Part shown: positions 27,838 through 36,572 of the stretch, piece by piece
Numbering within the stretch: the stretch's first letter is position 1
Layout: every line of letters begins with the position of its first letter
NCBI GenBank assembly: GCA_964651655.1
Contig: CAZYVS010000001.1
Span: 77,173 to 141,172, forward strand
Direction of reading: 5' to 3'
DNA from: an uncultured Candidatus Saccharibacteria bacterium
Lineage (GTDB): Bacteria > Patescibacteriota > Minisyncoccia > Phycocordibacterales > Zambryskibacteraceae
DNA: 64,000 nucleotides
Made by a program: the position numbers and the translations under genes
Notes under the pieces: generated by a model
Databases searched by the model: none
Told to the model about the DNA's origin: nothing
Seen by the model: the letters and a program-made list of their open reading frames with translations, nothing else

Positions 27838-29763
27838 TTAGTATTTACACCGCTTAAGATACGCAAGCAAGTCCGCTAATTTGATGGTCGCCGCTCCCAC
27901 TACTTGATCGGCGCCTCCATAGTAGACAAAAATTTTGTCTCCGATGAGAACGGCCCCGCAAGGAAAAACGACGTTGGGAGTTTGTCCTTCTTTTTCATAC
28001 GGCATTTCAGGTTCCAGAAGCGGCTCATCTGAACGGCCGATAATTTTTATCGGGTCATTCAAATCAAGCAGAAGCGCGCCGACTCGATAAGAATTATCTT
28101 CTTCGGAAATTCCATGATAAAAAAGAATCCAGCCGTCTTCGGTTTTGATCGGCGGCGCGGCTATGCCGACTTTTTTACTATCCCACATTCCTTTTCTTGG
28201 AGTCACCCAGCGCTGTTCCTCAAGCCAAGCATTATTACTCGCAAAATCTAAAGTTGGAGAAAAGGCAAAATCAATATCATTCCCGACGCGGTGAACAATG
28301 AGATATTTTCCTTTAAACTTTTTAGGGAAGAGGCAGGCGTCTTTGTCGTCCAAATCAGGCGGCGAGATAAGAATAGGTTTTGACCAGTCCCATTTTTTCT
28401 TCAAAAATTTTTCAGCCGTAATCCAAGTCAAAGCCACTCGCGGAGGATTTTTACCGTCAAAAGCGGTGTAGAGCATATAAATTTTGTCGCCGATCTTGGT
28501 AAGCCTGGGATCTTCACAGCCGGAATTTCCGCCGGGCATCAATTTTTGTTCAAAGGGCTCGCGAGGAATATAAATTGGTTCCGGCAAACGTTCGTCAATG
28601 TGAAATCCGTCTTTGCTTGCGGCGTAACCGAAGACCGAAATATTGTCTTCGGACATCGCTCTATACACAATGTGAACCTTGCCGTCCAAACAAATGGCGC
28701 CGGGATTAAACGTCGTTTCAGCTTCCCACGGGCGGTTTTTCTTGGCGGTAATAATCGGATTTTCTTTCGCGCGAATGAGTTTAATGGAATTTCCGCCGCC
28801 CAAAAGTTTTTCCATTAAAATAGGAAGGTTAATAAAAGCAAGACAGCAAGTAGTATCAGCCGCGCCGTAATAAAGATGAATAATGTTTTCTTTTAAAATC
28901 GCGCCGGAAGGAAAAATAACATCGGGTACCAGGCCGATTCTTTCATAGTATTCTTCAGGAGTTAAAAGCGGCGCTTGGGCGCGGCCGATAATTTTAAGCG
29001 GGTCATGAAGGTCAAGAAGAACCGCCTCAATGGTAAAAAGCCGTTCTCTGGAGAAATAATTTCTAATATAAGAGTAGAGTAAAAGCCAACCGTGTTTAGT
29101 TTTTATGGGCGGCGCACCAACTTCAACATGATCTTGGGGCCGGCGCTGGAGCGGCAATGAATATTTTTCAAAATTTTTATACCACCTATTCCAATATGTT
29201 TCCGACCATAAATCATTTTCCTTTTCAAAAGAAGCGAGACAAATCTTTGCCGGTAGTTTATCGGTGTTGATTGTGAGCACCGCCCACATTTTCTTCCCGC
29301 CCATCTTTTCCGGAAAAAGCGCCATGGCTTTGGCGTTGAAAGGAGTAATAAGATGTTTTTCGTCAACTGTTTTTAAGTCCTTGCTTATGGCCAGGCCTAT
29401 TTTAATTCCTTCAGCTCTCGGCGGCCAAGCGGAAAGCGCCGTGTAGAAAATATAATATTTATTATTGAGTTTAGTAATCCTCGGATCTTCGCAGCCGAAT
29501 CTTTCCCATAATTCTTCGGACACGATAAAGTGTCGGCGATTTGAAAAATGAATTCCATCTTTGCTTTGGGCCATACCGATGTCCGAAACCATTAACTTTG
29601 TCTGGGCAAGAGCGTGATAATGCGGCAAAGAAAGAGCGCGGTAAAGAAGATAAATTTCTTCTCCTTTCTTGACTGGACAACCGTTAAAAACCGCCTGCGC
29701 TTCCCAGGATTGATCCTTGTTTGGTTTGAGTATCGGATTTTTATCAGAACGTTCAACAAACAT
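27838..29763 (-). CDS. GH130-like glycosidase/phosphorylase, two tandem domains
   Basis: Twice: NPI..P...WE....FN, GCEDPR, P....P...YE..G..P.V.FP, YYG.AD. Confidence 0.9.
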   Translation of the reverse strand: MFVERSDKNPILKPNKDQSWEAQAVFNGCPVKKGEEIYLLYRALSLPHYHALAQTKLMVSDIGMAQSKDGIHFSNRRHFIVSEELWERFGCEDPRITKLNNKYYIFYTALSAWPPRAEGIKIGLAISKDLKTVDEKHLITPFNAKAMALFPEKMGGKKMWAVLTINTDKLPAKICLASFEKENDLWSETYWNRWYKNFEKYSLPLQRRPQDHVEVGAPPIKTKHGWLLLYSYIRNYFSRERLFTIEAVLLDLHDPLKIIGRAQAPLLTPEEYYERIGLVPDVIFPSGAILKENIIHLYYGAADTTCCLAFINLPILMEKLLGGGNSIKLIRAKENPIITAKKNRPWEAETTFNPGAICLDGKVHIVYRAMSEDNISVFGYAASKDGFHIDERLPEPIYIPREPFEQKLMPGGNSGCEDPRLTKIGDKIYMLYTAFDGKNPPRVALTWITAEKFLKKKWDWSKPILISPPDLDDKDACLFPKKFKGKYLIVHRVGNDIDFAFSPTLDFASNNAWLEEQRWVTPRKGMWDSKKVGIAAPPIKTEDGWILFYHGISEEDNSYRVGALLLDLNDPIKIIGRSDEPLLEPEMPYEKEGQTPNVVFPCGAVLIGDKIFVYYGGADQVVGAATIKLADLLAYLKRCKY

Positions 29764-29764
29764 A

Positions 29765-30910
29765 TTATTTATTCTTTAAGGTTTTGATTTTGAGCTTCGG
29801 TTTAGCCCCCTTCATCAAGGCCTCTACAAATTCTTCAAAAGGGGCTGAAACAACGCACACATAGTTGTCCGCGCCTCCATAATACACGAGAAGTAAGCCG
29901 TCTTTTACCACCGCGCCGGTCGCGTAAACAATTCCCGATTTGAAACCAACATTTTCATATAATTCGCTCGGTTCCAAAACCGGCTCTTTCGAGCGGCTAA
30001 GTATCTTAGTCGGGTCATTAGGATCTAAAAGCATCGCCCCGACTTTGTATTTGCTGAAATCACATCCCTCCATGGCTTGATAGAATACCAACCAACCATA
30101 TTCGGTTTTTATGGGCGGAGCCCCCGCGCCCCTGACCCAACTATCCCAGCAGTTTTTTCTGATTTTGCCGTCATAGAAACTTTTTACATATGTTCTGCCA
30201 TCAAAATTTAAATCATCAAAATAATCTATTAAAATTTCTGGACTGATGCTGTGTAAAATAGCGTACTTACCGCCTATTTTTTCCGGAAAGATAACCCAAT
30301 TTTTATGAACTTCGCCGGGCGGCGAGATTAATACCGGCGGTTTCCAATTCCACCTCTTATTTAAAAAATCTTTCACCTTCATTGAGGTAAGGGCCACTCG
30401 CAAGCCTTCATCGCAAGCGGTGTAGGTCATATAGAGAGTATCTTCGTCGCCAATTCGAACAATGCGTGAATCTTCGCTTCCCCCAAAACTTCCGCCAGAA
30501 AAATAAGAAAAAATATTAAAAGAAGGGCGCTGTCCGACTTGGTGTTCATAAACCGGATAAGAAAGCCGCTCATCAACATGAAAACCGTCGCTTGAAGCCG
30601 CGTAGCCAAAACGGGAAAGACCGTCTTCGCCTATGGCTCGGTAGAGAAAATGCACTCTGTCATTGAGTAAAATTACGCCGGGATTGAAAGTTTGCCAAGC
30701 TTCCCAACCATTTTTTGTGTTTGGCGAGATTATCGGATTTTGTGAATGCCGAACTAGCGCAGCTGTTTTTACTGATTTTTTTTTCTTAGAGCCATTTTTT
30801 TTCTTGCGTACAACCACTCGTTTTGCGGAAGATTTTATTATTTTCTTTTTTGTTTTCATGGCATACGTAGTAAAACCGCGCCGTGCTTTAATGACATTAA
30901 CGATTTCCAC
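29765..30910 (-). CDS. GH130-like glycosidase (start possibly 30859)
   Basis: NPII.P....WE....FNP, EDSR, HKNW, YYGGAD; basic N-terminal extension. Confidence 0.88.
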   Translation of the reverse strand: MEIVNVIKARRGFTTYAMKTKKKIIKSSAKRVVVRKKKNGSKKKKSVKTAALVRHSQNPIISPNTKNGWEAWQTFNPGVILLNDRVHFLYRAIGEDGLSRFGYAASSDGFHVDERLSYPVYEHQVGQRPSFNIFSYFSGGSFGGSEDSRIVRIGDEDTLYMTYTACDEGLRVALTSMKVKDFLNKRWNWKPPVLISPPGEVHKNWVIFPEKIGGKYAILHSISPEILIDYFDDLNFDGRTYVKSFYDGKIRKNCWDSWVRGAGAPPIKTEYGWLVFYQAMEGCDFSKYKVGAMLLDPNDPTKILSRSKEPVLEPSELYENVGFKSGIVYATGAVVKDGLLLVYYGGADNYVCVVSAPFEEFVEALMKGAKPKLKIKTLKNK

Positions 30911-30965
30911 CCATTACTAATATATGCAACTTTGGGGATTTAATCAATCAAAAATCGATCGTTAG

Positions 30966-31038
30966 TGCGCGGTGCAAGACTTGAACTTGCAACATCCACA
31001 ACGTCAATGTGGCGCTCTACCAATTGAGCTAACCGCGC
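30966..31038 (-). tRNA. tRNA-Val(GAC)
   Basis: GCGCGGTTAGCTCAATTGGTAGAGCG-CCACA-TTGACGT-TGTGG...GTTCAAGTC..ACCGCGCA. Confidence 0.95.
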
Positions 31039-31069
31039 AAACAACAATACTCTATCTCAAAAAATACTT

Positions 31070-31159
31070 TGGCGGAAGAGGTGGGATTTGGACCCACGAT
31101 AGGCTTACGCCTATGCCGGTTTTCGAAACCGGTGCCTTCAACCACTCAGCCACTCTTCC
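31070..31159 (-). tRNA. tRNA-Ser(CGA)
   Basis: GGAAGAG..CCGGT-TTCGAAA-ACCGG, long variable arm, encoded CCA; T-loop reads TCCAAAT. Confidence 0.9.
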
Positions 31160-31163
31160 TTTG

Positions 31164-31190
31164 GCTTGCCATAGCTTAAGCGAAGGCAGC
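31164..31190. repeat. Family-B palindromic repeat
   Basis: GCTTGCCATAGCTTAAGCGAAGGCAGC, immediately 5' of tRNA-Ser. Confidence 0.7.
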
Positions 31191-31254
31191 CAGAATCTAC
31201 ACTATAACATTTTTTGTCTTTTCGGTAAAAAATGTTATTATTTTTGAGCCCAAG

Positions 31255-31279
31255 GTTTACCCTGAGCGTAGTCGAAGGG
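31255..31279 (-). repeat. Family-A palindromic repeat abutting the tRNA-Glu 5' end
   Basis: Reverse complement CCCTTCGACTACGCTCAGGGTAAAC. Confidence 0.75.
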
Positions 31280-31349
31280 CCCTATCGTCTATCGGTTAGG
31301 ACACAAGCTTTTCAAGCTTGGAAGCCGGGTTCGACTCCCGGTAGGGTCA
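31278..31349 (+). tRNA. tRNA-Glu(TTC)
   Basis: GGCCCTATCGTCTATCGGTTAGGAC-CAAGC-TTTTCAA-GCTTG..GGTTCGACTCCCGGTAGGGTCA. Confidence 0.95.
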
Positions 31350-31520
31350 TTGGTTCAAAAATGAGCTCGCTTATGCGGGCCATTTTTGTTCAATGACACT
31401 AAGTAGTGCCGGGGGCACTGCGTCCGGGAGTCGAAAAGCTTTTGAGCCTAAAATTGATTTTAAGAAAATTTTAGTCAAAAGGTGTACTGATCCTGTAAGG
31501 ATCGACAAGTGTACTCACAG

Positions 31521-31534
31521 TCCCGGTAGGGTCA
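31521..31534 (+). repeat. Direct duplicate of the tRNA-Glu 3' end (att-like)
   Basis: TCCCGGTAGGGTCA identical to 31336-31349. Confidence 0.85.
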
Positions 31535-31717
31535 AAAATCGTAGCGAAGCCAGGACGACAACTGCTTGTCGTCCGGGCGATTTTTGAAGACGGAAGTATG
31601 TCCCGCAAGCTTGCGAGACAACTGAGTCCGGGGCTGGAAAATTTGATTTCGACGGAAATCAAATTATTGTGGCTCATACTAAATTTGCATGCGAAGTATA
31701 CAATGCTTTTCCTTTCT

Positions 31718-31748
31718 TTGCCCGTCCGTAGCCTGGGCGAAGGAGGGG
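31718..31748. repeat. Family-B palindromic repeat
   Basis: TTGCCCGTCCGTAGCCTGGGCGAAGGAGGGG. Confidence 0.65.
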
Positions 31749-31777
31749 GCGGAAACGGGGCGAGGGCTGTTTACAGC

Positions 31778-31810
31778 ATATAACAACTTGGAATATAACA
31801 CAACGGAATA
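31778..31810 (+). promoter_or_regulatory. Tandem C-box-like operator
   Basis: ATATAACA-N4-GGAATA twice with 15-bp period, ending 16 nt before the HTH start. Confidence 0.6.
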
Positions 31811-31826
31811 CTATTATATAAACACT

Positions 31827-32048
31827 ATGACAAAAGCGATATTTTCAAAAGACCACAAATATACAGTCGGGCAACTCAAAAAAGCTCGTCTTGAAGCGGG
31901 TTTAGATCAAGCCGAAGTGGCGAAACTACTCGGCAGAACTCAACCTCATGTCTCAAAAATTGAGGCGGGACAAAGACGACTTGATATTACGCAACTTAAG
32001 GAATTTGCGAAGATCTATAAAAAATCATTAGAATATTTTATTAAATAA
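31827..32048 (+). CDS. XRE-family HTH, restriction-modification controller (C) protein-like
   Basis: LKKARLEAGLDQAEVAKLLGRTQPHVSKIEAGQRRLD; true start ATG 31827; directly upstream of nuclease genes. Confidence 0.88.
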   Translation: MTKAIFSKDHKYTVGQLKKARLEAGLDQAEVAKLLGRTQPHVSKIEAGQRRLDITQLKEFAKIYKKSLEYFIK

Positions 32049-32049
32049 T

Positions 32050-32652
32050 ATGACAGAAGTTCAAAATCATGGATTTGTTTTTGAAAATTGGATTAAAAGT
32101 ATTCTTGGTGTAAAAGAGCTTGCTTATAATTATACTCAAAAATGGGACATACCAGGTGAAACGCCAATAAGTGTTAAATGCATGGGACTTACAAATGCCC
32201 TTGAATTTGGAAGCACTGTAAGAATTTGGGAAATAAACGAAACTTTTACTCTCGTCGTCGGAAGGTGGGAACAGGTTGGATTTAAAAAATTAATTAGAAG
32301 TATAGATGAAATAGATATTACTCCAAAAATTTTAATAAAAATGAGAGGCAGTATTACTCTTGAAGAATTAAAAGATTTTGATAAAAAAATAAAATCTTTT
32401 CCCGCGGGAAAAGAAGGACAAAGGAAGGGAATTGAATTCGCTAAAAAATGGAAAGCTGAAAGAAAAAATAGACTGGGATTACTAACTATTACACACAAAA
32501 TAGATAGCAAAGATCAACGCCGGATTCAATGCAACTTAAATTACAAAAACTATATTAAATTATTCGGTCAACCATCTGAAAGAGTTGAGTTCCGTGGTAA
32601 TATTTTTAATCAAGACATAGATCATGGACCAAGAAAGTTTAATAGTGAATAA
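32050..32652 (+). CDS. Putative type II restriction endonuclease (PD-(D/E)XK-like)
   Basis: HGFVFE helix, W-D-IP...ISVK arrangement; context between a C protein and methyltransferases. Confidence 0.6.
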   Translation: MTEVQNHGFVFENWIKSILGVKELAYNYTQKWDIPGETPISVKCMGLTNALEFGSTVRIWEINETFTLVVGRWEQVGFKKLIRSIDEIDITPKILIKMRGSITLEELKDFDKKIKSFPAGKEGQRKGIEFAKKWKAERKNRLGLLTITHKIDSKDQRRIQCNLNYKNYIKLFGQPSERVEFRGNIFNQDIDHGPRKFNSE

Positions 32653-33283
32653 AATGGCAACAGTTTATATAAACAATGGAATAATTGAATTGAGGCTAAC
32701 GTCAGCTCGTAGTAGGGTGAGAATTTGTGATATCAATGGCAATCATATTTCTAAACCATCTTCACAAAATATTAATTTTGATAACCACTATGTTGAATGG
32801 ATGATTACAAATAATGAGTTAATAAAAATAATAAGTCAGCAACTCACAAGAGAAGAGATAATCAATCTAAAAAATGAACTACGAGAAACAGCTATTTCCT
32901 TGAAAGATTCTAATTTTTACAGCAGGAAAGCTGAAAAAGAAGACATTGACCAAACTTTTGGAAATTTTTTAGTGTATAAATATGAAGAAATTTTTTATTC
33001 CTTTGAAAAAAATATTGATGTAAATTTACAGGTGAAAATTACATTTAAAATGGGTGATTATATCTTAGCAGCGCACATGTTTGTATTGATTGGTCTTACT
33101 AATCCAAACATAATACTAAACAATCGTGATAATAGTATTGCAAACAATAATGCTCTAGGACCAGGAGCAAAATGTGTTTGGAGTCCATCAAATCAGACAA
33201 TTAGCGAAATTGCTAAAGCACTAGCTTGTTCTTCTGAAGGTCATAAAAATGATCTGATTAACCTATTAGACAATATTACTTAA
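32624..33283 (+). CDS. R.PabI-family (HALFPIPE) restriction DNA glycosylase-like protein (start possibly 32654)
   Basis: NNGIIELRLTSARSRVRI, HYVEWMI, HMFVLIGLTN and KALACSSEGHKNDLINLL parallel R.PabI segments as recalled (ENGKIVVRLP..SKIRV, YYIEWQISY, SMVYVCIPLTN, KAFIIASETHKNDIVKFL). Confidence 0.75.
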   Translation: MDQESLIVNKMATVYINNGIIELRLTSARSRVRICDINGNHISKPSSQNINFDNHYVEWMITNNELIKIISQQLTREEIINLKNELRETAISLKDSNFYSRKAEKEDIDQTFGNFLVYKYEEIFYSFEKNIDVNLQVKITFKMGDYILAAHMFVLIGLTNPNIILNNRDNSIANNNALGPGAKCVWSPSNQTISEIAKALACSSEGHKNDLINLLDNIT

Positions 33284-34410
33284 ATACTAACTTTAAAATC
33301 ATAAATATTTTCTTTCTTAATGGATTTACTGCCTATACGACAGGTAATATTTCTAAAGTAATCTATTTTTGAATTTATATTTTGGCAAATTTTCTCTTTA
33401 ATTTCTTTGTTTTCATTGTATTCATCTTTAAAATCAAATATGAAGAACATATCATTGAGAATATCTTTTTTAATATTGATTAAACCACATTTTCCAACAC
33501 TAGAATTACCAACCCTGACAACAGCCATTTTATAATCAACAACATTACCACCTTTTGGAATGATGTTTTTTTCTAATATGTTCTTTGCCGATATATTATT
33601 ATCTTGAAATGATTTTTGTGCCTTAATGTTATTGGAACTAAAATAATCCCTTAATGGTGTCCCTTTTTCATTATTAATGAGACCATGATTTTTATTAAAA
33701 ATCACTTGGGGAATAAGCTCTTCATTTATGTTTGAAATATTAAAAATATCTTCATTTTTTTTACCATTTTCGTATATAACAATGATCTTATCTTTAAATT
33801 CAGTTGTGTTAGTAAATAAAGCAAAACAACAAGGTATATTTCGGTCAAACCACACTTTATCATTTTGATATATCACTATTGTTGAAAATATTTCTCGGAG
33901 CTTGTTTTTAACAAATATATTTCTGTTTTTTATAAAAAATGATATTGGTAGAACAAATCCAATAGAAGAATTATCATCTTTAAGTTGTTTAAGTGATTTT
34001 AAAATAAAAGCATTTTCTATCTTCTGCTTATCGTTTTTAATATCAGAAAAATCTAAATACAGTTCTGGTTTAATTTTTGATTGTTTATATTTTGAAGCAT
34101 AGTAATAACTATCCTTCAAGTTGTATTTTGTAAAAGGAGGATTACCAACAATAAGATCAAATTTTTCTTCTAGAGATGTTTGAAAAAAATCTGCTGGATT
34201 TGATGTTAATTCACTATCTATCTCATATCCTGTTACATTTTTATACCCCTTATTAGATAATTCACTTATAAAATTACCTGTTCCAAAAGATGGCTCAAGA
34301 ATAGATACGCCTTTTGAGTATTTTTTATAGAAAAAAAGTAAATCAAGTAATTTTGATACTATTTTGGTTTTTGTAAAATATTGACCTAAAATTTCTTTTT
34401 TATTTTTCAT
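33280..34410 (-). CDS. N6-adenine DNA methyltransferase (gamma motif order)
   Basis: GQYFT, LEPSFGTGNF (motif I), DLIVGNPPF (motif IV). Confidence 0.9.
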   Translation of the reverse strand: MKNKKEILGQYFTKTKIVSKLLDLLFFYKKYSKGVSILEPSFGTGNFISELSNKGYKNVTGYEIDSELTSNPADFFQTSLEEKFDLIVGNPPFTKYNLKDSYYYASKYKQSKIKPELYLDFSDIKNDKQKIENAFILKSLKQLKDDNSSIGFVLPISFFIKNRNIFVKNKLREIFSTIVIYQNDKVWFDRNIPCCFALFTNTTEFKDKIIVIYENGKKNEDIFNISNINEELIPQVIFNKNHGLINNEKGTPLRDYFSSNNIKAQKSFQDNNISAKNILEKNIIPKGGNVVDYKMAVVRVGNSSVGKCGLINIKKDILNDMFFIFDFKDEYNENKEIKEKICQNINSKIDYFRNITCRIGSKSIKKENIYDFKVSI

Positions 34411-34412
34411 GT

Positions 34413-35051
34413 TTAAAATTTTCTAACTCTCTCATTGGCTATTTTACTATAATTAGCGTCAATTTCAAAACCTATATAATTCCTTTTTATCTGTTTACAT
34501 GTCACAGCAACGCTACCACTTCCTATAAATGGATCTAAAACAACATCATTTTCCCTAGAGAACATAGCTAATATTTCTTTTATAAATGTTTTGGGCTTAG
34601 GTGTTGGGTGATTAATAAAGCCCTCGTCTGGTTCAACCATAGAACCCGGTGTATCCATAAATATATCCTTCCCCTTTTTAACGATTTTTGCATTACCCTT
34701 TTTAAATACTATGCAAGACATATATTTGGTAAATCCAATTGAAGAAGAAACCCTACCGTTTGGACAATGTAAAATAAAATTCCAATAATAAGTAAAAGGA
34801 TTATTTTTAAATACATCAGGTAAAAATTTAGTACTAAAAAATGTAATATAAAAAGAATCATCTTTTAGAACTCTATGGCTTTCAGGCAGAGAAGCATAAA
34901 ATAAACTTAAGTCGTGATCGTTTCTTATTCCAGTTTTATTTAATCCATAAGGAGGGTCTGTAAAAATAAGATCAACGGATTTATCAGGAATCATTCTAAA
35001 TCCATCAAAACAATCAACATTTTGGATTGTGTTTAGTAAATTATTATGCAT
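34413..35051 (-). CDS. N4C/N6A DNA methyltransferase (beta class)
   Basis: DLIFTDPPY ... HPTPKP ... VLDPFIGSGS ... IGFEID. Confidence 0.92.
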   Translation of the reverse strand: MHNNLLNTIQNVDCFDGFRMIPDKSVDLIFTDPPYGLNKTGIRNDHDLSLFYASLPESHRVLKDDSFYITFFSTKFLPDVFKNNPFTYYWNFILHCPNGRVSSSIGFTKYMSCIVFKKGNAKIVKKGKDIFMDTPGSMVEPDEGFINHPTPKPKTFIKEILAMFSRENDVVLDPFIGSGSVAVTCKQIKRNYIGFEIDANYSKIANERVRKF

Positions 35052-35066
35052 AAAATTTGATAGAGT

Positions 35067-35411
35067 TTAAAATAAATATTTACCCAATTGTTTTGATAAA
35101 TTTTTTGTAACATCTTTGTCAGTTTTCAGTCTAATACTATAATTTATATTAGGATAACTCATGTATTTTGCATCTCTGAAACCCAACCCTTTCGGCTTTT
35201 CTTTAAAAGCAAAACCAACATTAAGTTTGCAATCTGACACAAATTTCCCACGAAAATAAACTACAGTAACAATATCATCTTTTAACATATATCTAACATA
35301 AACAGTGCTAAGACGAAAATTTATTTTAGGGTTGAGAGACATAATAAATTTATGTAATTGATTAAAAATTACTAACTTATCACCCAATTTTTTTTCTAAT
35401 TCATTATCCAT
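35067..35411 (-). CDS. Hypothetical protein (DUF5655-like size and pattern)
   Basis: 114 aa, co-oriented with the MTases; family call tentative. Confidence 0.5.
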   Translation of the reverse strand: MDNELEKKLGDKLVIFNQLHKFIMSLNPKINFRLSTVYVRYMLKDDIVTVVYFRGKFVSDCKLNVGFAFKEKPKGLGFRDAKYMSYPNINYSIRLKTDKDVTKNLSKQLGKYLF

Positions 35412-35434
35412 AATTTATTTATTATATCAAATAA

Positions 35435-36097
35435 TTAAATAGGTTCGTAACGATATTCATTTTCTTGAGGCTGTTTAATAACCTCGACAACTTTTCCGTT
35501 CACTAAATACTCGTCGAGATCATCCTCATGGATATGAATTGGCGGAAAAAATTGACTTGATTCTGACTGTAAAACAATCTGTTTATGAGCCTTATCTTCT
35601 AAAAAACGTTTAATATTGGCAAGTCCACCAATAACAGAAAGAACATAATCTCCAGTTTTTACGTTTTTATCCTCTCCGTCCACTATTACATAATCACCAT
35701 CATCAATAGATTTTCCGTTGACGCTCGCCCTGTTCATTGATAACCCAACAGCTTTTACAGCAAAAAGATTATCAAGATGACTAGTTGGAAGTAATTTTTT
35801 AGAAATGGGCAAAGTTCCCTCTATTCGAGCTTCTGCAAGCATAGTTGCGTCACCACAATTTGCTAAACCTAGAATAGGTATGGAGAGAAGACTTTTTGCT
35901 TTAGTGGTTAGTGGAGATTTGATAGAAATTGCCCTTTTTTTCTTTCCATTATCAAGAAGCCCTAATTTTTCCATATGAAATTTAACTTTTTGTGGATGCT
36001 CTATTCCAATGAGTCTACCTATCTGTCTCAGACCTATTTTCTTTAAATCATAACGTTGTGATAATTCTAAAAGTTTTTGTTGGGTTGGATGCATCAT
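35435..36097 (-). CDS. LexA/S24-family repressor-like protein
   Basis: N-terminal HTH, IPILGLANCG cleavage-site-like segment, GLSM (Ser), ANIKR (Lys), GKVV. Confidence 0.85.
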   Translation of the reverse strand: MMHPTQQKLLELSQRYDLKKIGLRQIGRLIGIEHPQKVKFHMEKLGLLDNGKKKRAISIKSPLTTKAKSLLSIPILGLANCGDATMLAEARIEGTLPISKKLLPTSHLDNLFAVKAVGLSMNRASVNGKSIDDGDYVIVDGEDKNVKTGDYVLSVIGGLANIKRFLEDKAHKQIVLQSESSQFFPPIHIHEDDLDEYLVNGKVVEVIKQPQENEYRYEPI

Positions 36098-36120
36098 ACG
36101 TCAATTATAGCTGATAGGGG

Positions 36121-36142
36121 TGTCAACCGTCAACTGTTGACA
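36121..36142. promoter_or_regulatory. Palindromic operator candidate upstream of the LexA-like gene
   Basis: TGTCAAC-CGTCAACT-GTTGACA, with nested GTCAAC-T-GTTGAC. Confidence 0.6.
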
Positions 36143-36266
36143 ACTTATTGAACAAAACTTGATTTTAGACTTGCATTATGGAAAAGAGCGGCGTAAAATA
36201 TAGCTGTTACGGTAGTTTCTAGAGACTACGGATTCGACGGAACAATTATTAACCAGTGACAAGACC

Positions 36267-36572
36267 ATGGCTCAGAACAAACAAGACATTATAGCTGACA
36301 TCAAGGCTTATATCGCAAAATTTTCAGGCACCAAATACAGTGATTGGTATGTCGGTATTGCTTCCGACCCAAAACAACGGCTGTTTGTTGACCATAGTGT
36401 TAACGAACAGAGCGGAGCATGGATTTATTGCGAGGCACTATCATCTGACGCGGCACGGGAAGTGGAACAATATTTCATTGACCAGCTAAAGACTGATGGT
36501 GGCCCAGGTGGAGGTGATCGCACTACGCGATTTGTCTACGCCTACCGCAAGACTTCTAGCACAGTAGAGTAA
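36267..36572 (+). CDS. Small GIY-YIG-like protein
   Basis: WYVGIASDPKQRLF..H and AREVEQYF resemble the YxG/R/H/E core of GIY-YIG; hairpin AAGCGAGCC..GGCTCGCTT follows. Confidence 0.5.
   Translation: MAQNKQDIIADIKAYIAKFSGTKYSDWYVGIASDPKQRLFVDHSVNEQSGAWIYCEALSSDAAREVEQYFIDQLKTDGGPGGGDRTTRFVYAYRKTSSTVE

Noticed and set aside
31689-31826. N-terminal extension of the HTH ORF in the ORF track
   Set aside because: It runs through a family-B repeat and the operator; ATG 31827 gives a typical 73-aa XRE protein.
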